From: Podospora anserina
Lineage: Eukaryota
DNA length: 64,000 bases
Direction: 5' to 3'
Assembly (NCBI GenBank): GCA_017654855.1
Contig: CM030336.1
Location: 1,302,001 to 1,366,000 of the forward strand
Notes under the pieces: model-generated
The model's database searches: none
The model's input: the letters and a program-made list of their open reading frames with translations, nothing else
What the model was told of the DNA's origin: nothing
Made by a program: the position numbers and the translations under genes
Part shown: positions 1-13,382 of the stretch, piece after piece
Position numbering within the stretch: position 1 is the first letter of the stretch
Layout of the letters: every line of letters starts with the position of its first letter

Positions 1-786
1 GGGGAGCAGGCTTTTCACCAGGGGGTTGTTCATCAAGGAGATAATCACCGGAAACAATCCGAGAGTGGTGACGGTGGGGAGCATGCCCTCCAGGGTGCTG
101 ATCGTGTTGTTGAAATCCTCGTCAACATCCAGATACCCAAAGGGAGTGGTGAACCCCAGCGCGGAGGTGGTGTCTTGGGTGAAGTAAAGGAACTTGCGCG
201 CCATGTCCATGGGTCGGATGCCGGTTTCCTTGGAGGAGACGTATTTCTTCTCGATAAGCCCCAGAAGCTTCCCGACTTGGGTGTCGATCACGCCTTCTTG
301 TGTGGTTATTCCTTTGGCGTTATACCCCGGGAGGACGTTGCTGCGGATGCGGTGGTGGACTTTGTTCTCGTTAGCGGTGAGGATGTTATCGTTGGCTGGG
401 TCGAAGCGGAAGCCGTTGTACCAGACGTCGCGGTGCCAGCCTGAGTGGACGGACCACATCCGGCGGATCTCTTTGGTGTCGCTGCAGATGAGCCTGTTGT
501 GATGATGGAGTTAGTCTGAATACGCGGGACGTAGGCGAGTTGGAGGGTGTCTTTACCAGTTCGGTCCAACCCTTGCCAACGGTCCATACTCGCCGGCGAC
601 TTCGGCAAGCGCATTTGGGATCCTGCCCGCCATGGTTTTGTTGAAAATCCATGATCGAGACAGTGCCGCCCCAGCAGGGCCGGGGATATGCCGGAGCCGG
701 AGATAGGTCTTGATCCTGGACGCAAAAATGTACAAGACTGATGAGACCAGAACGCCCGTCAGGACGATGCTGTTGAAGATGACCAT
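1..786 (-). CDS. Cytochrome P450 (fungal microsomal type), 5' part only; continues beyond the left edge
   Basis: N-terminal TM anchor, then RLRHIPGP and YGPLARVGPN. After a GTAAAG..CTAAC..CAG intron the frame continues LICSD..IRRMWSV..WYNGFRFDP..HHRIRS..PGY..DMARKFLYFTQD..LGFTTPFGYL, a typical fungal P450 N-terminal half. Confidence 0.88.
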
Positions 787-1684
787 CTTTCACCGTTTTT
801 GCTCTTTTACGAGAAAAAGAGAGAAAAAGACCAGGAAAGCATGCGACGGTCCCTGGGACATCTGCCCCCGGTGGGATGGGACCCGGCCTTTTCATAAAGC
901 CCATCCTTGATACCCTTGAAGAAACCCACAATGACCTGCATGAGTCTGCAGCTCAAAGTGGTATTCCGACCCTGTAGACGACGCTTGATAGTGGATTCAA
1001 TGGCTTCGTAGGGGGTACGTAGCCAGCCATTCGCCAGTGAGAAGTCAGAATTCGTCATGAACCTTGTTTGTGAGGCCTGTTGCAAAAAGTCGTGGCATGC
1101 AGGCCACTGCTTCCGTATCAGATAGTTGCTGCGCCCCCCCTTCTTGAGAATTGATGGATTTGGTAAGCGTGCGGGGACAGATGCCGGGTTCGCATGGCGA
1201 TTTTGTGGTTTTGGGTCTTGGTAACACAAATCATTCGTCGACAGATCTTGCGTGTGCATGCGAGTGGCCGAATGGTTTAACCGCCGATCACAGTCAGCTT
1301 TTGCGTGTTTCTTGTTCGGCGAGATAAGGTGCCGGGTGGTGGTTGTTATTAAGCAGCAATTCGCCTCTGACGATATTGGATTGGATTATGGCCGAATGCC
1401 CAAGTGGTGACGCTCCAGATGTTCCAAGAAGTGTTTATTAATGCTGCCCAGAAGCCCACTTCAGCCCGGCTCAGTCATCAAACAGCAGGTGTAGTAGGTA
1501 GCGATTCTGGTTGTAGCCTATTGGATCATAGCTACGACTGACTGGTTGTCCTTACTGAGCCTCGAGACGTGCTCGTGTCTTCGTACATGGATCAGATGGG
1601 AGGAGGGGGGTGCTGGTGAGTGGTTTTCAGAAAAGACCAGTAATCAGAAGGCGGGAGCGCGTCGCCCATCGCAACCCTAGGTAC

Positions 1685-2989
1685 CTAAGGTACCTGCTCA
1701 ACAATCGTGCCCAACTCCTCTGGGCAATACTTGTTGCACAGTGTCTTCATGTTGGTCATGATATTAAGCCAACGTACTAGCCCTGATCTTGACGCCAAGA
1801 AACACAAAAAGCAAGGCAGCACGACTCACATCTCTCGAGGATCTGACCCCGGAATAAGAACCGCAGCCGAAAGATCAAAGCGGAGCGAGTACAACGGATT
1901 CCTATCATCCCACTCCTCAACTACCCCCATCATTAGCACCACCTCCCTTGAGTCTCAACTTGTTGAAAGGTAAAGGCCTACCAGGTTCATCAGGCGGAAA
2001 ACACCGCTTATACTGCTCCACATACTCCTTCCTACTCAGCCTATGCCTCACCGCCCTCCAGTTCCCAATCTCGTGTTCGTTGTGGGCGTAAAAGACCGTT
2101 GGATCAAAGACAAATGGCTTCCCAGTTGTCTCATCAGCAGCGCTGTTCTCATCCCAGAGGTCACCGTGGATCAAGCAGGGCTTGATCTTCCCTTCCAAGG
2201 GTTCCAACATACGAGGAATTACGTTGTCGAGAACCAAGTGACTAATGCGCTGGAATTCGTCATGGCTGTGATGCCCTTCGTGCTCTTGCTGAGAAAGCGA
2301 GATGGTGTGGCCGAGGATGTCGCGGAACAAGGTCGTCCAGGATGGTTGCCACTTGATGACGTCGTAAGGGTTTGGTGCCGTGGCAGGGAGGTTCGTGGAA
2401 GCCAAAATTCTCCTGTGGGAGAGATGGATGTCTTGTGGAGATGAGCGAGCTGGGCGACGAAGGCTTGCGGGGCGGGTGGTTTGAAGTCCGATGTGGTGGG
2501 AGGAGGGCGAGTGAGAAGTGAGACGTAGATTCTGTGGTCTCGTCCCAGAATGAACCCCAGCCGTAGGCTTCGGGTACGAAAGAGGGGGACACCGAGCCAA
2601 TTGCGTTCAATCCAGAGATTTCGGCTGTGATCATTCTTTTGGCAGTGGCACCCAGGGATCGCTCGGGTGCTCTCTAGAAGATAAGACTGTCAGCAAGTAA
2701 GGTGGCCAGTATGAGAGCGAGGACCGTCCACGAACCTGGAGGAAAAAATCTCCGACACTGCCATCGGGAAGTTGCGCTGTGATCTTGGCGGTCTGGCCCC
2801 CAGAGCGATCTTCCGTAGTGTCTGGCGCCGATCAACTTGGAGCCCTTGGTGGGAAATGTGCGCCTCAGTTTCTTGTCTGGCAGATGGTTCCAGTCCTGGA
2901 GCAAAAGGTTCACCCAGTTCGGGCTTGGGAACAGGCCCAGAAGGTGCTTCTGTTTCGACGTGGCGGTTGAGCTCAGCCAAGTCGGCCAT
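1685..2989 (-). pseudogene. Fructosamine/ribulosamine-3-kinase-like gene with multiple frameshifts
   Basis: Motifs FVPEAYGWG, AQLAHLHKTSISPTG, FGFH..CHG, PCLIHGDLWDEN, YAHNEHEIGNWR and EEWDDRNPLYSL are split over different frames, for example an extra G in a G run near 2797-2801. The 3' end is approximate. Confidence 0.75.
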
Positions 2990-3302
2990 TTTGTCGATAT
3001 TTACAAATCTCAAAAGAAGAAGAAAAAGGAGAACGGACGAAGTATAAGCGCGATAGTGAGTGGGGTACTCGGTTGATCTAAAAATTCAAAAAAATTCAAC
3101 AGTGCAGCCTACTCAGTGCGAATCCAGTGGTGTTTGTTGGTTGGTTGGCATGAACTGGCTGTTGGTCACGAGAGATGAACTGCCAACAGGATAACCTGAT
3201 GGACGGGTGACAAAGCGGCAAAGCCTAACGTGACAACATCAATCCTCTGTTCTGCGAACGAAAGAAACAGCACCCGATTCATTGACAGGGCCTATCTTAC
3301 AG

Positions 3303-4013
3303 CTAAGGGCCCGAAACCCTGATAAACTCCCACCCAATTGCCTCCCCTCTCTTCTCAAACGCCAGACACCCTCTCTTCACCTCTGCCACAAGCCCAACCT
3401 GGTCGTCACCGAGCCGCTTCCCTCCTTTAGAGAGACACGTCTCCTTGAATTTGATCTTGTCCAAGACGGGATCCCTCCTCATTTCCCAATCCACCGAAAC
3501 CACCACCTTGCCATCAGGGTTGAGCTTCACGTCCAGCAGGATCCAGCGTGTGCCATTGCCTTCCAGCCACGGGCTCTTGAGCCGTATCATTGTCTCGTCA
3601 CCAGCGATGTCCTCAAATGTCCATTTCCAGCTAATGTGCGGCGACTCTTCTGGATTGTGCGACGACGAGATCAGGAAAAAACGTCGCTTGGTATGCCCGA
3701 GGATGCAGCCGGTTGTAGGCACACGTAGGAGGTATGTTTGCCCAAGTGCTGGGAACGTGTCCGGGACGACCTTTGGCCCGAGGAAATCGCTAGGAGATTG
3801 TGCCTTTGGTGCTGGTGGTGGGCAATCGGGCATTTCGATATCGGTGGAACCGTGAGCGGAAATGAGCAAGTCGGCCAGACTCATTTCAGATGCAGAGTCG
3901 TGGGCTGTCGAACTATTGATAAAAAAGGACGGGAAATTCGGCTCGTTGCCGGAAACCCCGACTTGGTCGATGTCCATTGTTTCTGTTAGGGCCTCGTCAG
4001 TGGATGTCGGCAT
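3303..4013 (-). CDS. Hypothetical protein: acidic low-complexity N-terminus plus a beta-rich C-terminal domain
   Basis: 236-aa ATG ORF with P.LGQTYLLR..TG.ILG, W.W.F.D and a terminal WEFIRV pattern. Confidence 0.65.
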   Translation of the reverse strand: MPTSTDEALTETMDIDQVGVSGNEPNFPSFFINSSTAHDSASEMSLADLLISAHGSTDIEMPDCPPPAPKAQSPSDFLGPKVVPDTFPALGQTYLLRVPTTGCILGHTKRRFFLISSSHNPEESPHISWKWTFEDIAGDETMIRLKSPWLEGNGTRWILLDVKLNPDGKVVVSVDWEMRRDPVLDKIKFKETCLSKGGKRLGDDQVGLVAEVKRGCLAFEKRGEAIGWEFIRVSGP

Positions 4014-4458
4014 TTTTGTCGCAATGTATTGTGCTTACCCATGATGGCAAGATTTGAAAACGTCTCGAGTGAAAATTTCTAGGTATTCACTGCTGGTTGC
4101 TGCCGGAACACACGCTGATGTAAATTTGTAATCGAAAGTGGTTGTGTGGGAGTCAAAATCTGGACGACAGGAGCAAAGAAGGAGCTCAAACTTCCTCGAT
4201 GCTGGAGCCTGACTCAGCAAACAATCTCAGGGAGCATACTGGGAATGACTGCCTCGGGCATCTGTACGTGTCAGCTGCGAGGGCAGGAAGCCATGGGTCA
4301 CCAGGTAAGTATCTGTGGCTAGCAGACACACACACACACACACAAACAGAGCAGAAGATCAGATGAAGAATTTCAACGCACTAAAGCCTGTTGAATCTTT
4401 GATCCATTTCGAGAAATCTTAGCCTCAGTTCTCCTGTTGCTGTCTAGATTTTATCTAC

Positions 4459-5146
4459 CTAATTTTGTCGCACAAACGTCGATTTGACAGCTCTAGGAAA
4501 GTGGCTATGCTCCGTATGAGTCTCCAACCCAGCAAGGTTGATGTCCTTCTTAGCTTTCTCAGGGCACTGAAAAAGAGATGGATATCCTACCCTTGCCATC
4601 TCTTCCAATCTATCAACATTATCCAACCCAGGCCTCTCACCACCAACTCCCTCCAGCTTTGCATATCTGTATGTTGAATTGTTCTCCGAGGTAGAATCAG
4701 ACCACATGATCCCCTCGCCCATCTTGTTATATATCAAACCAAATGGTTCGATGGTCCCCTCAGTCCTGTTAAGCTTGATCTTTAGCTCGCCCGCAGGCGC
4801 TCTCCTGAGTAGTTGACAGACTGTCGACCCGTGGGTCTGACAGGAGTCGGCGTAGCTCCAAAGTCTAATCCCTCCTTCGCTACCCCACACTCCCACAGAC
4901 AGGTCTGATCGCCCTGTGGATGGTACGGAGACAGATCGAACCGGAATCTAGGCCAGTGATTTGGATTGTGAGGCAGAATACTAAAGGAAATGGCGTGGCC
5001 AGTGTCATAGTCGCAAATAACGTAGATGTGGCCAGGCTCAGGGATCGAGTCTTGACGGAGGGGAAGAGTCCTGTGGGGGCTGAGTGCAGAGAAGTCCAAT
5101 CGCGAGCGGCGGGGCAACGCTTGGTGTTGGCGCTGGTTGGCTTCAT
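4459..5146 (-). pseudogene. Probable degenerate relative of the 3303-4013 gene
   Basis: IPEPGHIYVICDYDTGHAIS...WECGVAKEGLDF resembles the neighbour's FPALGQTYLLRVPTTGCILG...WTF. Coding potential is split over two frames (4782-5117 and 4459-4896), and the start is uncertain. Confidence 0.4.
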
Positions 5147-7169
5147 GGTTACTGCTGTGGAGAGAGGACAGTTATTATTCGATCCAGGACAGAACATCAC
5201 CCATGAAGAGCCTGAGAGATATGATGCTTACCTGACACTCGAGGCCCTATGAGAACTGATAAAAGCGACTTGGGCAATATTTTGGTGGTGCGGAAAGCCT
5301 TCGTGTTTCTAATGAGATGTCGGTTGGCAGTTGTGATGGAAAACAGAGTGTTTTTCTCGCAGTTGCCTTGCCACGACCCGCTGTATTTGCACAGCGATAA
5401 AAAGGGAAGTAGTAACAACCCCCCAGCTGTGGAATTGAGTATAGAATTATTGCAAAGGGAACTATATATACTGGCTTTTGCAAACATGCTAGACCGTCAT
5501 TCAAGCATCAACCTTTTTGTGCTGATCAAGAATCACAGTGAAATTGATAGTTGAGAGAAGTTCTCGAGTTCCCTTCTCAGTGGAACCATTCTCCTCTTTG
5601 ATGAAAGACATTGTGGGAGCAGTGCGTACTTCTGTACGATTTCTTGAGGTCAGCTCATACTTCAAATCGACAAACTGGACGTTACTTGACAATAATAATT
5701 TTACTTACGTGACGAAAGGAGTTTCTTCACCGTCCTTGAGAAGCTTGTGTCTTGTGGTCTGAAGTCAACGCGGCAAGCGTTGGGTTGCTAGTTGGAGGTG
5801 TTGACAAGAGAGAGAGAGCAGAAGAGTAAAAAGTGGCGAGGGCAAAAGTAAAGCTGCAGGCAGTGAAATGGAAGGTGAGTCGCTCGAGTGCAGGGACAAC
5901 CTCCACCTTTTTCAAGCTTCCACTTTCTCGCCAGCAAGGTCAACACTGTGAGAGTACCTGCTCGATTACGTAGCTGGCACTGTGGTTGCAGCCCGGTACT
6001 CTCTTGGTGGTGAGAGATGGCAGTTTGTGGTTTGGTCAAACGGGGAAAGAGCGGGAAACAAACACCTGCAGTAATGGTGAATTGCTAATTATGAGACACT
6101 GAAAGATGATGCCAACGCCTTCAAAGCAAAGAAACCTACGAATGTTTCAACAACTCCAGTCGCCTTTTACTACCTAGTCCATCTTCGCAAGTGTGAGAGG
6201 CTCTTGTTCTGCCTGAGCCTCATCAGTCCTGGTGTTTACACTACTTCAGTTATATACATGTGGCAGGACGATTACATAGGACTCAGATTGCTATTCTTTC
6301 GACGTAGCATGACTGCCAAATCAAACCCTACGAGAACTGGTGAGTAGTGCCTGTACTCAGCGGCGACCGATCTGTTATGTATCTTTTGAGATACATCTGA
6401 GGTGTCGTACCAAAAGGACGTCCTTGGCCACGGGGCCAAGGCAAGGGGTGTATCTTCACATGAGAGACTGTCAACTGGGTTGAAATCTGGTCGCCAACAT
6501 CCCTTTCGATACCCTGCTACATCAGCTAGATCCCTACCTAAGAACTCCTTTTGATTCTCCATGGTTTTGTTTGTTGAATCATTGCTCCTATACTCCACTC
6601 TTTGCTTGCTTTCTGGGCGTAGCTACCTACCATAACATCGTGCCTGGAGGGAATTCCTTCAGGCTAGTGCGTTCTGCACAACCACATGCTCAACCACATG
6701 CTTCACGATCCCTCCATCGGAACAATTCCGACATCTCTCCTCCTCACACAAAGACCATCATCCTGGCACGATCCTACGCTAGCCTTTCCCCAGATACTTG
6801 CACCCAATCACAATCCTACATCAGTGGGGCCAAGCCGGGGTAGCTTCTCCACCAACAACAACAGCAGCCCCGCATCGGCATCATCAGAGCAAATCAGACG
6901 ATCGACAGCCTCAAATCCCAACCAACCCCAACTTCTTCCTAGCACAGGACCGACCCAACTTGTGTTTCAAGGACACAAAGAACAGCCCACAAAAGTTGGG
7001 GTATGCGGGGAGTTATAGCGACCACCACTGCCTATTTTGTTCCCGCCTGTCATTGTACATACCACAACACCACCCTCCTCGCGACACACTTGGCTGCAGC
7101 CCGAGTGAGACAAACGCGCCTCACCATCTTCAATAAGCCTGCCGCCAATCACAAACCACCACCGCAACC

Positions 7170-9476
7170 ATGGCAGCACCACCACCACCATCATCATTAT
7201 CATCATCATCATCATCACCAAAAGAAATCCCCCTCCCCGACTCAATCGACTTCCTCTCCGAATCACAATGGGCCGTCTTCATGGCCCTAATGGACACCAT
7301 CGCGCCCGCGATCCTGCCCCCAAAGTCTATCGCCTCTTCCGACAACAACACCCCCGATGACAAGTCAGTCCTGAGGCTCTCCCAACAAGAATACGCCGCC
7401 GCCGCCTCCAAAATCCGCGCAGCAGTCTCCCCCCACGAGGTCACCGCCGAGACAATCGAGTCCTACCTCCGCGAACGCCCCAGCGACAACCCCATGTTTG
7501 AAAAGATCATGAAACTCGTCCTCAGCGGCCTGCCCCCGTCCAAAAAGAGGGAGCTGAAGATTCTCTTGAGTGTCTTGTCCACCAGACCAGGATCCTTAAT
7601 CCTCACATCGTACGGCACGCCACTGCCCCAACTTGGGCTGGAGGATAGAACCAGGGTTTTGGAGGGTTGGAGGGAGAGCAGGCTTTGGGCTGTCAGGGGG
7701 TTGTTCAAGTCGATGACTACGCTGGGCAAGCTGGGGTTTTTGAGGAGTAGTAATACATTTGCGCCGTTGACGGGGTTCCCTTCTGTGCCGAAGGAGTGGG
7801 TTGCTACTTCTTCGTTTCCGTTTGAGTTTATCAGGCCAACGGCGGAGGTTGAGACGGACGTGGTGATTATTGGATCGGGGTGCGGGTCAGGGGTGGTGAC
7901 GAACAGGTTGGCGAATACGTTTGGCAAAGGGGTCAAGGTTTTGGTTTTGGAAAAGGGGGGGCATTTCGACGCGTCGTATTTTCCCATGTCGCAGACGGTG
8001 GGGCTGTCGGCTATGTTTGAGGCCGGGGGGGTGGTTGAGTCGGATGATGGGTCGATTACTGTTACGGCGGGGAGCTGTTTTGGGGGTGGTGGGACGGTGA
8101 ACTGGAGCGCGTCGTTGCAGCCGCAGGATTTTGTCAGGAAGGACTGGGCCGAGACGTACAAGATGCCTTTTTTTGACGGGAGGGAGTTCCAGGAGTGTTT
8201 GAATCATGTTTGGGAGAAGATGGGGGTTACGGACAAGATTACGCCGAACCATGGAAATCAGGTGCTGTTGAATGGTGGGAGGCAGACGGGGTGTAAAAGG
8301 TGCAAGATTGTGCCGCAAAATACGCGCGGTCAACCGCACAACTGTGGTTATTGCACTTTGGGATGCGCCAATGGTGAGAAGATGGGACCTGTGAATGGAT
8401 GGTTCCCAGAGGCTGCTGAGAAGGGGGCTGTAGAGTTTATGGAAGGGTTCAGGGCTGAAAGAGTCCTTTTTGATGAGAAAAAGAAGAGCAAGAAGGTGGC
8501 CTGTGGTGTTGCGGGCGTTTGGACCCCCAAGGAAGGCGGAGAGCCGATCAAGGTTGTCGTCAAGGCCAAGAAGGTGGTTGTCAGCGCTGGCACGCTGTGG
8601 AGTCCGGTGGTTCTGATGAACAGTGGGATCAAGAACCCCCAGGTTGGCAAGAACCTGTATTTGCATCCTGTCAACTTTGTTGCTGGTGCTTTCGATGAGG
8701 ACATTCGTCCTTGGGAGGGTGTGTGTCCCCTATCAGTTTCAGTGCATGATCAAAGCTAACAGCATCCAGGCGGCAGTCTCACGACGGTGGTTGGCGATTT
8801 CGAGGACCTGGACGGCAAGGGTCACGGCGCCAAACTGGAGGCCATGTCGATGATGCCCAGCTTGGCACTTCCCTTCCTCACATGGCGCTCTGGAAGCGAC
8901 TACAAGCTGATGGCGGCCAAGTACCGCCACATCAACCAGTACATCTCCATCATCCGTGACAGGGACACTGGATACATTTACAGAGACCCCTATACCGGCG
9001 ACCCTCGTATCTCGTACACGCCGTCCGATTTCGACCGCGCCCACAACTTTGTCGGTGTTCTCGAGCTCTGCAAAATTCTGCATGCGACTGGGGCGAGAGA
9101 AATCCACCCTTGTCTGCCTGGCTTCCAGCCATTTGTTCGGTCTCAAGGCGACCCAAAGAAGACGGACAAGGCGTTCAAGAAGTGGCTCAGGAAACTGAAG
9201 AAGCATGGCAACAAGCCACCTGTTGCGCCGTTTGTCTCGGCTCATCAGATGGGTACCTGCCGCATGAGCGCCAAGGCAAAGGACGGTGTCGTTGACCCTC
9301 GTGGTAGAGTGTGGGATACCGAGGGGCTGTATGTGGCCGATGCCAGTGTCTTCCCTACGGCCAGCGGTGTCAATCCTATGGTCACGACAATGGCTCTTGC
9401 TGATTGGGTTGCGAGGGGTATTTGTGAGGACATCAAGGACGAGCTGGTTGTTGAGAAAGTGCCTTCGAGGTTGTAA
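7170..9476 (+). CDS. Long-chain fatty alcohol oxidase (GMC oxidoreductase), 2 exons, C-terminal PTS1 (SRL)
   Basis: DVVIIGSGCGSGV FAD motif, AGSCFGGGGTVNWSA, CGYCTLGC, GKNLYLHP, SAHQMGTCRM, DASVFPTASGVNPM. Intron about 8719-8769. Ends ..KVPSRL*. Confidence 0.93.
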
Positions 9477-9587
9477 AATATGTACATGAGTAACGGTGAT
9501 TCGATACATGGCCGACGGACGGTGGATCATGATTGATATGTAATATTGTACATACAGCTATGTGCGTAAATAATATGGTTTGCACGA

Positions 9588-11395
9588 TCAGTTCAGCCCC
9601 TTTCGTCCGATCACACCCAATCCCCATGTCCTCAGAACAGGCACGACAGCAGCAAACCTTGACCCAGCCAATGCCAGCGCCAAACGAGAATTCGGGTTCT
9701 TTCCAACCCATGCAAGCAGCCCACCCGAGGCCATCACGGCGAAAGCGGTGAACCACAATCCGGGCCTCCTCCTCTTGACGATACTCGACTTGCCAGTCGC
9801 GGGTCCCTATTCACATGTTAGCCATTGTCACCTAAAGGAGCCACCTCATGGAAACTCACACTATAAACCCAATCCCCCTTCTTGATCATCATACAATCCC
9901 ACCAATACCTTGCCTGACTCCACGGATACGTCATCCCATTCCACACCCTCCCCGTCTCCCTGTCTCGAGCTGTATACCAACTATTGCAAGTCTCACTCGT
10001 AAACACCGTCTTCCCCAACGCCTCCTGAACCCGCTCAACAAACTCCCTCTCCGCCTGCTCCGTCACATCAACAACCGACGCCCTCCCCTCCAAACAAGGC
10101 TTGATAACCCTCAACGCGAAGTTAACCCCGTTCTCAATCGCCATCACAGCCGAAGTATGCCCCGTAGCCGTGTTCGGCCCCCACAGCAAAAAGAAGTTGG
10201 GAAACCCATGCAACGAAGTGCAATTGTACGCCTCCGGACCAGGAAATGTCTCACTCCAATGCTCCTGGAGGGTATGGCCCCCCGTACCAACAACCGGCAA
10301 GAGTGTCGTGGGTGTGTTCGTCTCAAAGCCATTAGCCAAGACCAGCACATCCGCCTCCACCACCCGTCCATCAGCCATTTTCACCCCGTGAGGTAAGATC
10401 TCGACTGCCTTGTCGTTGGTGAGGGTTATCTTTTCCGAGTGGAGACATTCCAGGTAGCCGGAGTCAAAGACGCGTCTCTTGCACCCGATTTCGAACTCGG
10501 GGACGAGGAGGGGGTGGTATTTCTCCGGAGCGGTGGTTTTCATGTACTTTTCCGCCATCTTCCTGCGTCTGGACCGGAAGGAGGCCGCCGAGGGGGTGAG
10601 GGTGAAGCCGGCCCAGTCGGCCTCGGCGAGGTGGTAGACTATGAAGCGTTGAAGGAGCGTGGCGCCGGGCATGCTTGCCAGAAGCTTTTTGGCAAAGGGG
10701 GAGACTTTGGCGTCGACGGGGGGGTAGATCCAGTGTTTGGAGCGGACGATTTGGGTGAGGTGGGCTGTGGAGGAGAGGATGGAGGGGACGATTTGGGCGG
10801 CGGTGCAGCCGTTTCCAAAGACTACCACCTTTTTGTCGTGGAGGGAGACGGAGTGGTCCCAGCGGGCGGAGTGGATTACCGGACCTTGGAAGGAGTCGAG
10901 TCCGGGGACGTCCAAGGGGCGGGGGGAGTTGAATTGGCCTGAGCCGGAGAACAAGAACTGGCATTCGTGGTGGGAAGTGAGGTTGGTTTCGAGGTCGAGG
11001 ATCGTCAGCCGCCATCGGGGGTTGGTAGGGGAGGGGATCCATTCTGCTTTGGTGACTTTGGTGTTGAACTTCATGCGCGGGACGAGGTTGTATTTCTCGG
11101 CGACTTTGGTGAGATAGGCGCGGAGTTCATCGTGGGGAGGGAGGAATCTGGTCCAGTTTGGGTTGCGCTCAAAGCTGAAGGAGTAGAGAGCTGAGGGGAC
11201 GTCACAGGCTGCGCCTGGGTATTGGTTGATGGACCATGTCCCACCAACACACGGTTGGGAGTCAAAGAATTGGATGGATGAGGGCGAGATGCTGTACCAT
11301 CGTTGGATGGTAGCCCCGAGAGCTATGCCTGAGAAGCCTGTGCCGATACAGGCGAACTGGGTGAAGGGGACTTCGGTTTCTTTGTCTGAAGACAT
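9588..11395 (-). CDS. FAD-binding (Baeyer-Villiger-type) monooxygenase, 2 exons, hydrophobic C-terminal tail
   Basis: IGTGFSGI, GGTWSINQYPGAACDVP, BVMO fingerprint FQGPVIHSARWD, GNGCTAAQ, GCKRRVFD. Intron 9807-9859 (GTGAGT..CTAAC..TAG) adds a 73-codon last exon containing GLWFTAFAVMASGGLLAWV. Confidence 0.92.
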
Positions 11396-11876
11396 CGTGA
11401 TATGCTATGGCGGTGGGAACATGTCAAGAGAGCCTCGAGGTGAGAACCTGGAGCACAGTGAGCAGTGAGGGGGCATCATAAGCCGCAAAATCTATACACT
11501 AGTCCAGACATCTGACGATACCCAACTCTTGACGTCGCAGATGCTAGCACCAATATCTGCAAGGGGGCAACAAAACAAGCTAGCGGGATCCTCCCGATGC
11601 CTCGGTCCCCCAACAATTAAGCCGCCAAGACAGAGATTGGGGTGTGCCAAGAATGCAGATCTGGAGATGAGACAAGGATGCCCACGGGGCACACTGATCC
11701 CCGCAACCCCGAGACGGCACGCGACAGTTGTACTTTGGAGGCAAACGGCAGTGGGTGATGAATGTGGTGGTAGGTATCATTCTTGTATCATATCTAGTAA
11801 CTTCAGTGAAATTCTATCATCAGTTTTCGTTTATTTCATTTCGCTCTTTATTCTTTTTTTGTCTTGATCAGCTCAC

Positions 11877-13382
11877 TCAGCTTGATCTTTCAGACCTCTC
11901 GTTCCTTGCTCTTCTCTCGGCTCTGTTCGATCTGCCGGATCTCTCAGCCCTCTCAGCCCTCTCAGACCTTTCAGACCTTTCAGACCTCTCAGCCCTCTCA
12001 GCTCTCTCAGGTCTCTCGCCTGCCTCGCTCCTCTCGGCTCTCTCGGGGCGTTCAGGTCTTTCGGCCTTCTCAGGTCTCTCAGCTGCCTCGGATTTCTCGG
12101 GCTTCTCGGGCACCTCAGGTGCTTCAGATCGGTCAGACTTCTCAGCGATTTCGGCCTTCTGAACCTTGACGGCCCTCAAGCCTCCGTTCTCGTCAATGAT
12201 CTGTCGCCCCTGGAATCCAACCGCGAGGTTGACTGTGCCATTTCGGATGAGATATGTGTACACCCACTCAGGAAGCGCCCTCTGTGATAGTGTCAGTTAT
12301 TGTGTCACTCCATATGCGAATGAAAAGAATCTTACCAAACAAGTGATGTATCTCATGATTCCCGGTAAATACACAACACCTCCATATCCGCTCTCAATCT
12401 GTCTGACAATAGTCTCGGCCACCGTCTCAACGTGAAGCAATGGCGCTCCAAATTGCGACTGACGGGGCACTCCTGACAGCAATGGTGTACGGATGAAGTT
12501 GGGAATAATGTTGGTCAATCTGACCTTGTCCGCCTTGTGTCTATGCTTCAGTTCTAGCGCCAGGCCCTCATGTAACGCTTGAACGCCAGCCTTAGTGGCA
12601 GAGTAATCGACGATGCCCGGCGTGGGAACAACAGCGCTCATGGAGCAGATGGTAACGATATGACCGTAGTTCATCTTGGCCATGTGCGGGACGAACTCCT
12701 TGATGAGCAGGAACGGAGCTTGAAGGTTGGTCTTGATGGTGACTTCGACGTCGGCGTAGGATCCTTCCAAAACGCTGAACCCGCGGGCAAGACCGGCGTT
12801 GTTGATCAGGACAGTTGGATGGCCAACCTTCTTCTTGATGCGCTTCGAAACAGAGCGCACAACCTCGGGTTTGCTGAGATCGGCTTGGAAGTAAAAGACC
12901 CGAGAGGCATCGGCGGCAGATGGTTCCCAGGACATGGGAGCAAAGTCAACGATGACAATCTTGACACCCTTGTGCCAGGCCAGCAGCATCTTAGCTGTGT
13001 GTTCGCCAATGCCGCTGCTGGCCCCAGTGATGAGAACAATCTCCTTGTCGAGGGTCTTCCACTCCCCGGGCTTGTTGCGCGTCCAGTTGTTGGCGGTCCA
13101 TTTTGTGAGGAACTCGTTGGCAGAGTAGGCGGCGCCAACAAGACCAAGGGTCAGGGCAGTGCGTGCGATCTTTGGAAGGTTGAGGTCGCGAGGGTTGAGC
13201 TTGACACCGAGACGGTTGGCGTGAGTGAAGAGAGCGGTCAGATACTTGACCGAGGAGTCGAGCGTGAGGAAGTGGGCGGCGCCGGCAATGGGAAGGGCAA
13301 GAAACTCGTTAAGGGCAGTGTACCGGACGACTCGGGCGAGGCTGTCGAGGTGGAAGCCCTTGTTTTCTCTACGGCTAGCCAT
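11877..13382 (-). CDS. Membrane-type short-chain dehydrogenase/reductase with a repetitive charged C-terminal tail, 2 exons
   Basis: ITGASSGIG, LINNAG and YSATK catalytic motifs. Phase-0 intron 12282-12335. Exon 2 begins RALPEWVY and runs in frame into the xER repeat. Confidence 0.9.
11880..12160 (-). repeat. Degenerate 9-bp coding tandem repeat (A/S/P-E-R/K tripeptide)
   Basis: Plus strand shows ctctcagcc, ctttcagac and ttctcgggc units in 9-nt register, translating to AERAERSERSERSERAERAER. Confidence 0.9.

Noticed and set aside
5250..6600. Short minus-strand ORFs with stray splice signals
   Set aside because: Possibly gene relics, but no family recognisable.
7003..7290. Poly-His ORF
   Set aside because: Alternative frame of the CAT/TCA-rich poly-Pro/Ser start of the alcohol oxidase.
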